DNA of 61,390 bases, filler included, from Rhabdomonas costata (taxonomy: Eukaryota): the NCBI GenBank assembly GCA_019059605.1. It is 18 parts of 18 records of this genome, joined end to end, with 100 filler letters (N's around TTAATTAATTAA, not from the genome) between each part and the next. Parts side by side here need not be neighbours in the genome. Positions count along the whole stretch, not along the records: positions 23,951 to 27,271 come from JAHMHO010001007.1; positions 27,372 to 30,692 come from JAHMHO010001008.1; positions 30,793 to 34,108 come from JAHMHO010001009.1; positions 34,209 to 37,526 come from JAHMHO010001010.1; positions 37,627 to 40,940 come from JAHMHO010001011.1; 13 more parts are not named here. The stretch is one strand, 5' to 3'. Under the pieces are notes generated by a model that did not search any database, was not told the origin of the DNA, and worked only from the letters and a program-made list of their open reading frames with translations. Position 1 is the first letter of the stretch. Each line of letters starts with the position of its first letter. The position numbers were made by a program, and so were the translations under genes. Positions 24,862 through 38,246 of this stretch are shown piece after piece.

Positions 24862-26891
24862 CGCATCCAGAGCATTGCATGGGCCGCCATTGCTCTCCAG
24901 TGTGTCAGGGCTGTCTCCCAGCAAGAGCGCTGGAGTCTCCACCTCAGGGTACACCAGCTTCGAGATGGCCAGCCCCGCCGGGCAGGACATCACCGAGGCG
25001 CAGATCAGGTGCACAGGGGAGATGCCATAGCTGATATACGCCACCATCGTTCCCCCTAACAGCAAGCAGACTAAGGGGCACCCCCCTCGCAAACCTAAAC
25101 TCAGAACCATCATAAGGTACCATCAAAAAATCTAGCGTGGTGAAGCCCAACCAAACCTCTTGGTTCAATATAGACCACCACCAGCGAATGAGAGCCGATG
25201 GAGGAGCAGCTCCTTGACAACCTGATAGGACGGGCCATGGCCGACCGATTCTCTACGCCGCCTTTGCATTTCGTTTCAATACTTTCTCCAGGTTTTGTTC
25301 GAGTTTCAGTTTTTTCTTGGTTCCACAGAGAGGATGCACACAAATTCGCAAATATGACATTGCGCACACGTGACACCGGCTGAGTGTGCATGGATACAGT
25401 CAGCCGAAATCGGCCTGAATCCATATTCTCGCACATACCACGCACAAAATATGTCATTGCCAACCCAACTCTAACCTCACCCTGAGAAGCCTGAATGGAA
25501 TGCACACCCTTCCTTCCAAGTATCCATTTTAATCGCGACTATTCAGTTGCTTGTGCCTGTTATTGCTCAGGTGAAAGCAACTGCGTTTAAATCTCCACTG
25601 CCGCCGGTACAAAACGCCNNNNNNNNNNNNNNNNNNNNNNNNNNNNNNNNNNNNNNNNNNNNNNNNNNNNNNNNNNNNNNNNNNNNNNNNNNNNNNGGTG
25701 AAAGCAACTGCGTTGAAATCTCCACTGCCGCCGGTGCAAAACGCGCCAGCCGTACCAGCCACAGTGGCGAACCCCCCGGTCATTACAGCGTGCAGCTCGG
25801 AGCGGGTCAGGCGGCCCAGGAAGGGCCGAACCAGCAGCGGGGCCTCGGTCATCCCCACAAAGATGTTCGCGGCGGCGGACAGCGACTCTGCGGCGGAGGT
25901 GTCCATCGTCCATCGCAGCAGCTGAGAAGTGTGCCTTGCGATGGCCTGTGAGAGGGATAACAAAATGAGAAATGAGAATTCATGAAGGGCAAGGGGAGGC
26001 TCTAGTTCTCTCTAATACGTTGTGCCGTTAGGCTGCGAGGGGAAGAAGCGGAGCGGAGAGGGATAGAAAAGCAGAATAAAAAGAGCCGGCAGAAGGGCCT
26101 CCGCCAGGGGGTGCAAGTACGGCCTCGCAGCCTTTTTATCATTGTTACAATCGAATGTGAAGTCACCAGTCACCAGGCAACCAAACCAATGATGCGAGGC
26201 GCTTCGGCTTCAGCACTGTACCGTTAAAAAATCCAAGCCACATTAATGTCTCCAAAAAACCCACTTCGTCCAATGTTGGAAAAAATAACTGCCACTAGAT
26301 GTCCCGTTAAAACAGAGCAAGTATGGACATGGAAGAGCACACCTGAACAATGCCATAGTAGTAGCACAAGCTCAGGAATGCTGACACAAAGGTGATCGTG
26401 GGCAGCACCTTGAAGGCGAAGAAGAACATCTTAAAGTTCGGCCCAAACACAAGAGAGGCCCCTGTAATGACATAAACTCAAGTGGCAGATTCATTGCTGT
26501 TATATCAGAAGCATTGGTGAAATACATGTCCTTCCAACAAAACAATGTGAAGGACATACTGGAAGGAAAGCAGAGGCTCCAGGGAAGGTGGGAAGGTATT
26601 GAGAGACAGGTTTCCTTTTTCTGAAATTAAGAAATCAGGGTGAGGCATACCCACATCCGCGAAATCCAGGAACCGGACCACGGACCCTGAGAGGGTGCTA
26701 AACACGGCAAACCCCGTGGGGGTTCGCAGCATGACCCAGCCCAGGCCAAGGTTCAGCGCCACACCCCACAGCACGGGTCTCCATCGCACTCGGCTGCGGT
26801 GGTGGGAGAGCCCGTAGCACGCCCCAAGCAGCACCCATCCCCCAAAGAAGGGCACCAGGAGGCTCACGTCCCGCACCGCAACCCAGATAGC
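24862..26891 (-). CDS. Concentrative Na+/H+:nucleoside transporter (CNT/SLC28/NupC family), partial; 4 exons recognised
   Basis: [124 protein letters not shown] phase-consistent introns. Confidence 0.95.
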
Positions 26892-27152
26892 CTGGAAGGA
26901 AAGGATTTGCATAAAAATGGCAAAGTATTGAGGTTGTGCAGGTTCGGACGTAACTGGGGACCTGAGCTCCCCTCCAATCATGAAAGAGCAGGATCATGAA
27001 AAGTCATCATCTGCTGCCCCTCTCCCCTCCCCGTTTATGGCGGAGCATGCTTTCATTATACAATACATAATACACCAGCAAAAACGATTGAAACCAGTGC
27101 AGAACACAAAAACACAGCGAAACAATGAACAATGAAAAAATGTGCATATGCA

Positions 27153-27182
27153 TGTGCAGGTGCAGGTGCAGGTGCAGGTGCA
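27153..27182. repeat. (GTGCAG)n hexanucleotide microsatellite, about 5 copies
   Basis: tgtgcaggtgcaggtgcaggtgcaggtgca. Confidence 0.9.
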
Positions 27183-29126
27183 AAGTCGGTTCGATTTTTC
27201 TGGAAGAAAAACAAAAATGGCATACCAATGCGACAGGGGCGCTCGCGCTGCATACTAAAAGCACCACCCCCNNNNNNNNNNNNNNNNNNNNNNNNNNNNN
27301 NNNNNNNNNNNNNNNTTAATTAATTAANNNNNNNNNNNNNNNNNNNNNNNNNNNNNNNNNNNNNNNNNNNNGGTTTTTTGGAAAAGTCTTGCTTTTGTCT
27401 GCAACCCTCCGAAAGGATGTTCCGCTTCTGTTGCTTCAATTGTATTTTCCACCTTTTGAAAATGGATGGAAGGCGCCTTGTTGGCGTGTGACATGCGAAG
27501 GCAAACAGACCAAGCCAGGAAAGGTCAAAAACTCTTTTTGAAAGGTTGAGAAAGATTCGGTCAGAGTGATCAGATTGAGCCGTCACAATGGTTTCTCAAT
27601 TTCAGATTGTCATGAATAAAAACGAACTGTTATGATGCCAGCTTGCCAGGCTGCCAGCTTCTCCATCTGAAACAAAATCTGCAGGCTGGCAGCATAAGCC
27701 GGTGAATCAACAGCAATGTCCGCAGTTTCGATGGAAGCGATGCGCTGCAACAATAGTTGACAGTTATAAGAGGAAAGTGAGACAGCAGAAGAAAATGAGA
27801 TTTTTAACAAGAGGGCGATCCTTCTTTTCTTCAGCTCGCCCTGCGTCATGCTGCGATTCTAATGCATTTGTCCAAGCTTCTGGTTGCGTGTTCTTTCTGT
27901 GTGCCACAGCATTGAACACGAGAACAGTGAGCTGAAGAAAAAGACAACGTGAAAAGAGAAAATGTCGGATAAAGGCCTATGTTTCCTTTTCGTGAAGGAA
28001 CCCGTCGGACTTCCGGTAAAACGTGTCAGAGCCCTGTGTGAAAGAAAATCCGCGCCCCGTCAGCACCAAGTCCGGGCTTTAGGGTAGGGCCGTCCGGAAC
28101 GGTGTTCAAAGCACATTTTCAATTGAATTGTCCCCGCCACCCACCTCCGACGACCTCCTCTGGAAAGTCGCTGCGGTGGTCTTCGGGCAGTTTTGTACCT
28201 TAACACTTTTTACGCGGGTGAACCTCCACGGTTTATCTTGATGAATTTTCGGGCGCCCCTCATCCAAATGCGCACCGACGAGCTTAATAAAGACCAAATC
28301 GTTGGGATGCAGATTCCCATCCGCTAAAACAAGTGTTTTTCTTTGGGAATCGGACTAGGCCAATATTATGTAGGAGTGGTGTCTGCATAGGCCCGTGGCC
28401 CGGTGGTCCAAATTTCGATTTCCAGAATCACCAAAAGATGCGCTGGTTTCGGCGCATCTTTTTTAAATGACCATTTTCCGGCGCCGTTTTGTGCCAATGG
28501 CGCTTTGAAATTGCGCCTCGCGCAATTTTCGATCAACGATCATTGGTGACTAATAGTTTTGCTTTGATCAACGGTTCTTTACGCTATGCAACGCATCCCT
28601 ATGTATTCGTTCGTTGTTTCCCCTGTGTGATCAGTATTTTCCAAAAAAAAAAAAACTGGACGCTAAAAATTTAAATTTGGAACTGTCTACCGCTAGTTAG
28701 GAAATTACTGCGCCAAAATAAACTACATGTGCGTATTGACTATGGTTGATGAAGAAGAATTGGAAGCAATAGGGCTATGCCATGATCACGGCGGCCTTCC
28801 TCAGGCATCCTGTCGTGCATTTGGCTTAGCCTAACATCACCTTATCCATCCCGGAATGTGGAACACCAAGTTGAGAGAGATTCAAATCGAATACCCCAGT
28901 TATGAGTATGTTACAAAAATGTTTGAGTAAAATTATGCAAATGTTTCTTGGTGTGCGAGTGTGGTTGGTGCAGGTGGGTGTTGCACTCCAATTTTGTTTG
29001 GGATACATTTGACGAGCCGTTTCAGCTTTGGTACAATTATAGTGGGCAAAAGACTTGAGGTGTGATTTTTGAATTGGGAGAATAATTACCTTTGTTTTAG
29101 TCAGGTGTCAATCAGCGTTGGCGGGC

Positions 29127-29825
29127 TCAAATGGCCACGTTATACATGGACTTCTTGAAAGTGGCGGAGGGCAGTTTGCGTACGGCGTGGCTCACCAGTA
29201 TCCGAAAAGGTAGTAGCGTGCCCACCAGTTGGGCTAAGGCGGTCGCCTTAAGTTGGACCCACAAGTAAAAGTCCAGTGGGGAGATGTACGGTGACATTGG
29301 TGGCCAAGGGACCGTATACCTCTTGGAAAAGGTTTTTACAGGAAAGAGTGCGAAGTCGGTCCAAAACCACACGCGTTTTGTTGGAAGCAGCACCGCCTTG
29401 CTGGAACCAAACCCGGCGTAGGGGGATGTGGAGGCGGAGTTCAGCCGGAACGAAAACTCGTCCAGCATCCAATTGCTCCGGGATCCGGTAACAGTAAGCA
29501 CTGGAAAAAGTAGGGGCCAACGATCTCCCATGGGGTCCTACGAATGACCATCCGTACGGACCTCGTGCGTAGCGGGGCACCAATCACAATACCCACGGGC
29601 TGGAAGGCCTTGAACCACCCCACAAGCGTTTGGCGGACCGGCACTAACTCCAGGCTCGAAAAGCTTCTTCTGCGTAGCCACAGCGATCATGGACTTCCAC
29701 CGCAATGGGTCCCTCTCAAAGTCCAACGCATTTTGGAAAACGGTTATATGTTTGCTTTTGGAAAAATGGACAAAATCGGCGGCACAGTTACCATCGCAAA
29801 TAAAACCGGAAACCACCAACGGCAC
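29127..29825 (-). mobile_element. Degenerate IS630/Tc1/mariner DDE transposase relic
   Basis: Frameshifted motifs EIVGPYFF, VWFQQGGAA (cf. WFQQDGAP) and WPPMSPYISPLDFYLWVQLK (cf. WPPRSPDLNPLDFFLWGYLK). Confidence 0.85.
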
Positions 29826-31004
29826 AAAACCAACATCACATCCAGACCACCATAATTTGTCTTATTTTGTTCAAAAAAATGATTGTGGCATCTTAACTTG
29901 GTCACCCGTAGGCATGAAAAAGGAAGGGCGCCATCAACCAAAAATCGTTACACCGTGGGAAGCTTGATGCGATTCGGTCGTAAAGTTTTGTTGGCCCATC
30001 ACGTAAAAAATTAGGACCTCGGAATGTGAAAGGCACCAGTAAGAGGATGGAGCGGGCGTAACGCCAAAAGCGCCAAAAACAATTTTATTTTCCTTGGAGC
30101 GTGGCTTCTGGCACCATCCGCTCATTTTATGGCGGCACAGGTGAAAAATCCATGAACAGAAAAGAAACGTTAACGAATGTTCAAAAATGGCTCGCGGCTG
30201 ATGTGGGTTTTTTGCACCATCGGGAGCGTCTATATTCGGAAGGTCGGTTTCAACCTGAAACCACGTTTTCGACATTTCTCAGTGGAACTTTGGCTCAAAA
30301 AGGGGCGTTTCCCACCCAAAGCCCCCCAAGAAATACACAATGATGAACAATTAAAAAACAAGCACATTATCCGGCGCAAACGAAGATATACGTTGCAGAC
30401 CCGACGTAAGGGCCCACAGCGGCGGACATTTTTCAAGGTGGTACGCCGCGGCGGAAGCACAGAAGCACAAAGGGGCCAAATCTTAGAGAGGCGCGCTGGC
30501 AGACGAAAAAAACAGGCGCACGGCGGCGCATGCAAGGGCAATAGAAAGGAGTGCTTGGCGGGGGCAAAATTGAAAGAGGTGGAGGCCGCAGGTCTCGCGC
30601 CAAGGCGCGGGCGGCGAGAAAAGGCCAAAGCCCACCACAGCAACGCACGGGGAGAACACGCACAGAAGCCGGAAAGAAGAAGCCCAAAAAAANNNNNNNN
30701 NNNNNNNNNNNNNNNNNNNNNNNNNNNNNNNNNNNNTTAATTAATTAANNNNNNNNNNNNNNNNNNNNNNNNNNNNNNNNNNNNNNNNNNNNGGTGTGCT
30801 TTCTCGAACATTACTGGTTTCCTTTGGAACACATCTTACCTGAGTAAGCTGTTTCTACTGTGTGCATATGTGCTTGTTGCTTCTCTTTCCAGCCCCTTTC
30901 CCTTTACCCCGTTCCCTCTTTTGTCGAGAATTTGACTGTGCTGACTCCACCGGAGACGACGTTTACCCACGTTTCCTTTTTCCTGCATTTAGCGGTGCAC
31001 AACA

Positions 31005-32925
31005 ATGTCTCTCCTTAGCATTCTCAACCTCGGGGCTTCCTCCACCGATAGTATGGATGTTGCCCGAGAGAAAAAGATCATGCTCACCGTCCACTTGGCT
31101 GTAATGCTTGGAGGCCCAGTGCCCAACATTATCCTCTTCATAGCATCGGGACTGCGCTGGGCGGCCCTGGCCACCGCGCTGGCGGCCAGCCTTCCCGCTT
31201 ACGTCTCATTTGGGCTCTTCATGGCAACCCGCAATGTCAAGCTTTCCACCTGGATCATTTCGCTGATGCCGCTGTTCGGGCCCTTGCTGATCGTGCTTTT
31301 TTGCGGGGGTCCGCTGAACTCAGGGTACCTGCCATACATGTTTCTGTCGCCCATGGTTTGGCTGTGCATCACTCGGAAATTAGCGGTAGCGGGCCTGCTG
31401 TTTGGGCTGGCCACCGTGGCGATGGTCGTGGTTAGTGCGGCGGAACCAGCACTGTACCAGCTGGTCGTGGAGAGGCAGGGGTGGGTACCGGCGATGAGTG
31501 CGACTTGGCTTCGATGGAACTACTGCTTCAACTTGATCCAGCTTCAAACCTTGGTGCTGGGAATCCTGGGGTTCCTTCTAAGGGAGCTCCGCAGCTGAAG
31601 GCGTACGTGGAGGTGCAGGCTAGGATGGACGAGGTGGCGCACAAAGTGCTGAAGATGGACCTGGACGACATTCCGGAGCCGGGCCCGGATGCGATGGAGC
31701 TGGAGAAGAGCCTTTTCAGCATTGTTATGCGGATGCGGGAGTGGCGGCCCTTCATTCCCAGCACGTTGTTCATCACGCACTCCGATGGAGAAGGAGAAGA
31801 TGAAGAAGCAACCATCCAGAAGCGCAGTCAAGGTGGAATTGGCACGGTGGAATCGTTTGTTGGTTCGTGTCGTTCCGGGCCCTCGACGAAAGTTGGCTCT
31901 CGCTCGGCGACGACATTGCTTGATACTGACTCTGCTCGTTCGGGAAGTGCTTGTGGAAGCCCGCATGCGGGGCAAAGCGGCCGTTGCTCGTCTCGTGAAG
32001 CCAGCGTATTCACTCTGACCTCTCGCTCGAAAAAGTCTGGGAAGTCTGAGTTCACTGTTCAAGTTGAGGTCTGCGCGAGCTCCAGCTCGGAGCCTCGGAG
32101 GGTGCAGTCCGTTTCTGACTCGCGACCGGCGCCCAAGCTTTCTTCCCGGACCACGACGGTTGTTGTCATCAAAGTTAGCAAGCTTCTTTACGAAGGTTTG
32201 TGCGGTGGGCTTGTAACTGCTCCCTGATTTCACCACTTTTTCACATCGGTCGAGTGAACTGGATGAACTGCGCCACAACAAGCGGAGTTTGGCAGCAGGT
32301 CATCGGTACTTTTGTTCCGAATTCCTATCTTCAGCACAAAGGTCGGGCAGCTTCCCAGTGCTGGCAAAAGTCTTTGTGTTTCGAGTTAGGGACATGTCAC
32401 AAACACGCTGATGTAATTACTGCTCTGAGCTGGGACTTTGGTGGGCCAAACCCAGGGATTCACGGCGGCTGCGTTCCTTCATGTCGTGATGATTCTTGAA
32501 ACTTTGGGAAAGCAAAAAAAAAAGTGAAAAAATTAATCGCGGGATCTAGTGTTTTCTCTTTTGGTTTCTTGCCGTGCTGACAACTAGCGTTTCGAATTTG
32601 GAATCTCTCGTTTTGGACTGCAATCGTGGAATTTTTGGTATCTGAGGGGTGCATCGTAATTTGTCGCCGTCGCCACCTTACACTTATGTTTTCTCTGGGT
32701 GCAAAATTATGCATGCATGTCAACCACCGTTCTCCTCATCTACTCAAGATTTAAAATGTCCGCTTCAGTCAACGTGTGTGGTACGCTTGAAGTGTTTGCC
32801 CACGCGAACGCTCAGGTTTGGAACCCGTGGATGCCTACCAGCGGAGTGAGCTACTGTTGGACACGACTCAGGAACACTTCCGAGCGCAGAAGGGCGCGGA
32901 GCACCAGTTCTTCGGGGACACAATC
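31005..32925 (+). CDS. Multi-TM receptor-type class III adenylate/guanylate cyclase-like protein, partial, with a frameshift near 31590; exons 31005-32195 and 32816-32925
   Basis: About 6 hydrophobic helices, then a HAMP/coiled-like segment ending MREWRPFIPSTL, a Ser-rich linker, TTVVVIKV and GAEHQFFGDTI (cyclase GD motif). Phase-1 GT-AG intron. Confidence 0.75.
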
Positions 32926-34864
32926 GTATTTTCCTCCCTTTTGCTGATTCTATTTGTTGTCGGTTTTTTCGTTGTCGGGGTGCCTGGCCCGAATTTGCAC
33001 TTTCCTTTTGCGTCGTGCTTTTTGTGCAATAGGAGCTGTGTCAAGCCGGGCCCAATTAAGGTTGGAGGGAGGCAACTGTTGCCAGTTGTAACAGAAACTG
33101 ACTTGAGATTCTTTTTTGCTCCAACCAGACTTGACCAACATAATTAAAGCATATTTTGGTGCGACATTACACACCCAATGAAAGTTTCTACCACCAGTCA
33201 TGATCATGCAGAGGAGGAACAGGGAAGTTTCCTTTCAACGCACCCACTTGACTCCGTCCTTTGTGCGTTCCGGGTTCCCTTCTCTGCTCATGTCCCCACA
33301 TGCCCCCACCCCGCCGTGAATACAGCAGATGCTTTTTCCAGCTTCAGTCTCTGCAGTAGCAGCAGCTTCTCCCAACGACGATTGCTCGGCGCAAGCACTC
33401 AAGAGCCCTTATGTCGCTTCCCTCCTCCGTGTCGGGCCCTTCCCGTGTGCTCATGTAAAGTTCGGGGGGGGGGGGCAAGGCACCAGTCCCTCCAAGTTTC
33501 ATGGTCACGCCCGAGGCGGTGAGCACGACAAGGATCAGCAAAGCAGTCATCATTCCGCGTGCCATCGCTAAGGAAAGTTGTCAAAAGAGAAGCGCTAAAA
33601 AAGCTGGTACGCAGCACAAATGACACATCATGGGGGTCTTGTGCCCGGTGCGGGTAAAGCCTTTCAACTGCGCTCATTCCCCGTGTGCGTGTGGGTCCGA
33701 TGGTTAGGTTTCACAAAAGGCAGAGTGGGTCATGTGCCATGTTCTGATGGCTGAAGTACCACTGGCATATCGCAAGCCTTTCAAAAAGCATATTCCGGCG
33801 AAAAAGAAATCCAACGAACAACAGTTACCACCGACTGGAGTGAGGACGAAGTAAATAGTCCCGTTGACGGCAAGCAACTCGCGAGAGACAAAAGGAAGGA
33901 ATGAAAATGAGAATAGGAAAAAACAAATGAAAATAATAATAAACCAAAAGAAAGGACGCGAGTAACACCCGATAATAGGACACACGATATTCTCGAGTAA
34001 GAAACAAATGGGCAGGACTCTGTGGCGCCATGTGTCGGATGTGTATGCAGTATGCATCAGGGCTTCACCCCCACACAGAAAGAGGTTGGGCACCACATCC
34101 TCCCAACCNNNNNNNNNNNNNNNNNNNNNNNNNNNNNNNNNNNNNNNNNNNNTTAATTAATTAANNNNNNNNNNNNNNNNNNNNNNNNNNNNNNNNNNNN
34201 NNNNNNNNGTGTGGGGGGTGGGTTCGGGAGCTGCGGCTCCAACGTTTTGCAAAACTGGTTTGAACACCCCCCCTCTCCCCCAGTCATGGTCAATATGTTG
34301 GGGCATATCGGTACTTTGTCATAGGGAGTTCATTGCTGCCAGGACGAATTTTCAACATTGACGTATTGGGGTGAAAGGGGGGCGTTCAATATGTTTTGCA
34401 AAACGTTGTCGGTCTTCGGTCTTCCTGCTCCAAGTCTCGGTGATTCCCAGCAGGTAAGCCACTCCGGCTTTCATGACATCCGCATTCAGGTCTTCGGGTT
34501 CAGGGTTTCCGGTTTCTGGGTTCGGTATGTGGGTTCAGATGCTGCCTTTCGGTCTTCTGTCTCAGGTGTGGGTTGCCGCGTTTCATGGTTGGGGGTGTTG
34601 GGTTCGGGGTTGCGTGCTGAGTTCGGTTGTGTTGGTGATCGGTGTTGGTTACGGTGTCTGTGTTGGTGGCTGGGTTTCGCGTTCTTATGTTCGGTGTTTC
34701 CTGTTGAAGCCATATCTGGTGGGCCTTGCTCTCGCGTAATGGAAGGTGTGCCTGCTGGGACCGAGGACGAGTAGCTTCATTATCCTTCCACACGACATAT
34801 GAACGCGTCGGTTGGCAACCACCTCCGCGCAGACGTTCTTTGTGTGCGCTTTTTCTGCTTCAAC

Positions 34865-36831
34865 ATGACGAAAGCGGATCATCTTTCTGGTGTTGCCATA
34901 GGGGCGGCCGCGCGTCCTTCTCACTTTCTTGACCCCAAAACCGCCACTCGGAGGCTCCCTCACTTCGTGCTCTTCCGCTACTTCGCTCTTGTCACATGGT
35001 CGTGCATAGCCGCATATTTTCTGCTGTCCTCATCCAACCGAAAGACTAGACTCTTGGCGTACACGTTGGAAACCTTTCCTGACATGGTATGGAGCCTTTT
35101 CAGCTCTGTTCTTGCTCGATTTTTCGCAGAACGTATCACCTCTTCACCCTGTACATGGGTCCAGTGTCGATTTGGCTGGGAATGAGCCGTCAGCACCTTG
35201 TGTCTTGAATTTATCAAAGAACCCACAAACCCCGATAGAAACCTCATGATCACTGCCTGCTGGCTGTGCGTTGCAAATTCCCGTCTGTAGTTGCTTCTTT
35301 TCCCTTCCTGTCCGTAACAAAGAGGAATTTTTGTGACAAAAGAATGTGGGGCAACCTGAGCAAACGAAAAACCGTTTTCCGGGACCATGGTTGTAACCAA
35401 GAAAAATGAATGATAACCAGAGTAAATGAAGTGTATTTGGATGGTGGTGCACGTTAGCCAGTTCGAAGGTTTGTGAGTATCGCGTGAGTTACAACTTACG
35501 CGTCGTAAACCGACAAGGGAGGTTGGTTTGCAAAGGGTAACAGCGCGTCATTGACCTCTGGTTTTCCTTTTCCCGGGGTGGCATCCTGAAAGGAAGCAAA
35601 GTTTAAATACAATAATTACAGGTTTTTGGTCATAACCAAGAAACTGTTCCCCGCCCCTTTTTATTTTAAAAAACAGGTTTTTTCACAGCACTGCCGGTGG
35701 CTGGGCGAACAGTGAGTTTATTTGAACACGTCTGGGCGATTTTCACATTCCGTTCTTTTTATAACTTCCTTCTCCCAGGTCTTATGTGCGAAACACGGAT
35801 TTTCTATGGTCGGGCTTGGAATGCCGTCTTTTCTTTTTCGCGTTTTTTTTGAAACTACGTTTCTTCAATCGTCTTCTGCTTTTGACACCGTCAACCAAAA
35901 CGATCACTGGAGGAGTAGTGCACGACAACTTCGAGAACCAACAGGCCTTGACGGGTGCTGTGTGGTCACAAGAGATTCTGACAACATTTTGGTGTTGTCA
36001 CCGTCACAATGCTCTCTTCTTTATTCGTTACCACAGGACCATGTCGCCTTAATCATCATTCTGCAATGCTGTCTGTATCTGTCGGCGGTACTAGTCGTCC
36101 GCTTCTTGCGATCCGCTTGGACCTATGGGGTTGCCCATGCCTGCGTGCTGCTTGCCGAGCTTTTCCTACCTCACGGCTTCACTCGTGTGGTGCAAACTTC
36201 AGTCTCCGCAAGCTCGGGGAGCTGCCTCACCATCACCCTTTTCATGGCTATCATTGCGATGAAAACTCACTCGCTTCTGTGCACGTACTTCCCACGGATG
36301 CAGGAGAAGGAACAGCAGACGAAGAAGCCGAAAGGAGAGTCTGTTTGCAGGTCTGTTTGATTTGGATTTTGCTGCTTTTTGTGGTATTCTGGCTCCGTCT
36401 ATAAATTAGTGCGGAGCTTTGGCGGAAGTGCTTCCAACGGCAAAATGTCTATTAGACTTGGGCCTTTTGCAGTGAAGTTGCGCCAATTTGCAAGAAAGCA
36501 GCGTGGCGCTGCCTTTGTTCCGATCTTTCCGGTCTAACGTGTGCAGTGCGGAAGAGCTTCCGAGACCCTCGTTTTCCTCTGCATTCTACTTTCTGGCCGC
36601 GCCAACTCTGAATTACCTTCCTGCGTATCCTCGGTCACCCCAAGTGGAGGTTGGACTCCTGGCCCGCGACGTTGCCTGTGTGGTGGGTGGGCTGGTTGTG
36701 CTGCACCTGCTGTATTTCGAGCTAATGCTACCGCTTATGAGACGGACCTGCGACATGCCGTTGCTGCCGTTCATGGCATTGAGCCTGGGCCCGGTGTACG
36801 TGTGGATCAGCGTGGCCTTTCTCACTCTGTG
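34865..36831 (+). CDS. MBOAT sterol/diacylglycerol O-acyltransferase (SOAT/ACAT/DGAT1-like), partial; exons 34865-35086, 36037-~36350, 36547-36831
   Basis: AARPSHFLD, MKTHSL (MKxHSY motif), FYFLAAPTLNYLPAYPRS (YFLxAPTLxY..YPR), multiple TM segments, GT-AG introns. Confidence 0.88.
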
Positions 36832-37156
36832 GTGTGCTCCAGATGGGTTGTGCCAAAAAGCGCCAACGCAGCCACCGCGATAACCAAGAAACGAACATCC
36901 CCTGTCTTTCTACCTAGGATCTTGGACAGCGGAACGCAGCGAATACAACCTCGATCAGCAATAACTGGATGTGGACGTGGCAAAGTTCACGTAACCCTGT
37001 TTCAAAGAGACTGCCGAAGCAGGCCTGGGGTCTTCAAACCCTGTAGTGATGTCCTAATTAATACTGGGCTACATTGTCAAGCCGTTGTGAGGCGGCGCAA
37101 TTTTCGATCAAATTTTGCTGGATCGAGAATATATTCGAGATTCCAATAAGTCGATA

Positions 37157-37224
37157 GTGACGGGAAAAATACGATAGTGTGCAGAAAATGTTGATAGTAC
37201 ACACTATCGTCTTTTTCTCGTTAC
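37157..37224. repeat. Imperfect 25-bp inverted repeat (hairpin) with an 18-nt loop
   Basis: gtgacgggaaaaatacgatagtgtg vs cacactatcgtctttttctcgttac: 22 of 25 Watson-Crick pairs, 2 G-U wobbles and 1 mismatch. Confidence 0.85.
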
Positions 37225-38246
37225 TGTTGTCTTTTAAAAGGTGATGGTAAACACCGTCTTTATGTCCTCACAATCACCAGGGAGGGGGGAGGGGCAGACC
37301 AAGGCCGATAAAAATCCCCTTCATCCCTGAAGTAATGGAACAACTTCGACACTGAACCTCTGTTCCATTATTTGTACTCATCCATCCTTAATCTCCATCT
37401 TTAATGTGCATGCTTTACAGTAGAAGCTTTCTTCAAGCATCCTGCACAGACACACACTCACACGCGTAAACAAATCTTTTTGAAGCAACTTCGAACCTCT
37501 CTTTCTCCCTCGAACTACCCCACACCNNNNNNNNNNNNNNNNNNNNNNNNNNNNNNNNNNNNNNNNNNNNTTAATTAATTAANNNNNNNNNNNNNNNNNN
37601 NNNNNNNNNNNNNNNNNNNNNNNNNNGGTTGGGGGGGGTGCGCTTACCATACCCAAGTCCAGGTGTAATTTGGGGTGCTTAAAGGGGTTAGAATTACGGA
37701 TGTTTTTTGGAGGGTATATGAGGGAAGGTTTCGGGACCTTGCGAAGTTTTAGCTTTGTCGTCAAAGGTTTTATCATATGGAACTTAGAATATTACCGCTC
37801 CCGTCCTATGTCGCTCCCTTTTGCCCCCCCCCCATCCCAGGCGGTTTACCTCCACCTTGCATCTGACGTTACACAAACACCGTTCTCTATTTTCCTTGTC
37901 CTTCCTTGTTGTTAGTAGACCCCCCCTTTTAGTTTTCCATAATACCATACTATACCATATTCTCTCCGTGTGATAGTACTGTTCTTCTTGTGGCGCCCAC
38001 CTTTCTTCTTTTTTGTGCCTCTTCATTTTCAGCCGCAATGGGGCTTTTGTGGCTTGACCCGCTTTGGACAATGGACTCAATTTTACCGTTTTTATATAAC
38101 CTTGTTCTGATGAGCTGTGTACATATAAAACATGGCAAATATTAACCCTTCCCCCACACGCAAAAAATAAAAACTGCCAATAGGGCGTGCCTTCATCTTC
38201 TTTTGATGCGGTTTAGTGTGGGGTGGAAATGCTGGATTTGCGCTAG

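Noticed and set aside
25570..25745. ~48-bp duplication flanking an internal N gap in a CNT intron
   Set aside because: Most likely a scaffolding overlap of two alleles or a collapsed tandem repeat. The gap prevents interpretation.
28433..28464. 11-bp stem-loop followed by a T run, resembling a Rho-independent terminator
   Set aside because: The context is eukaryotic and there is no upstream bacterial-type gene.
33344..33565. 73-aa ORF with a signal-peptide-like start
   Set aside because: It has no recognisable domain and probably lies antisense within a cyclase intron.
34739..34864. In-frame TAG upstream of the MBOAT ORF as stop-codon readthrough or an alternative genetic code
   Set aside because: A good ATG lies at 34865, and intact genes elsewhere end in TGA or TAG normally.
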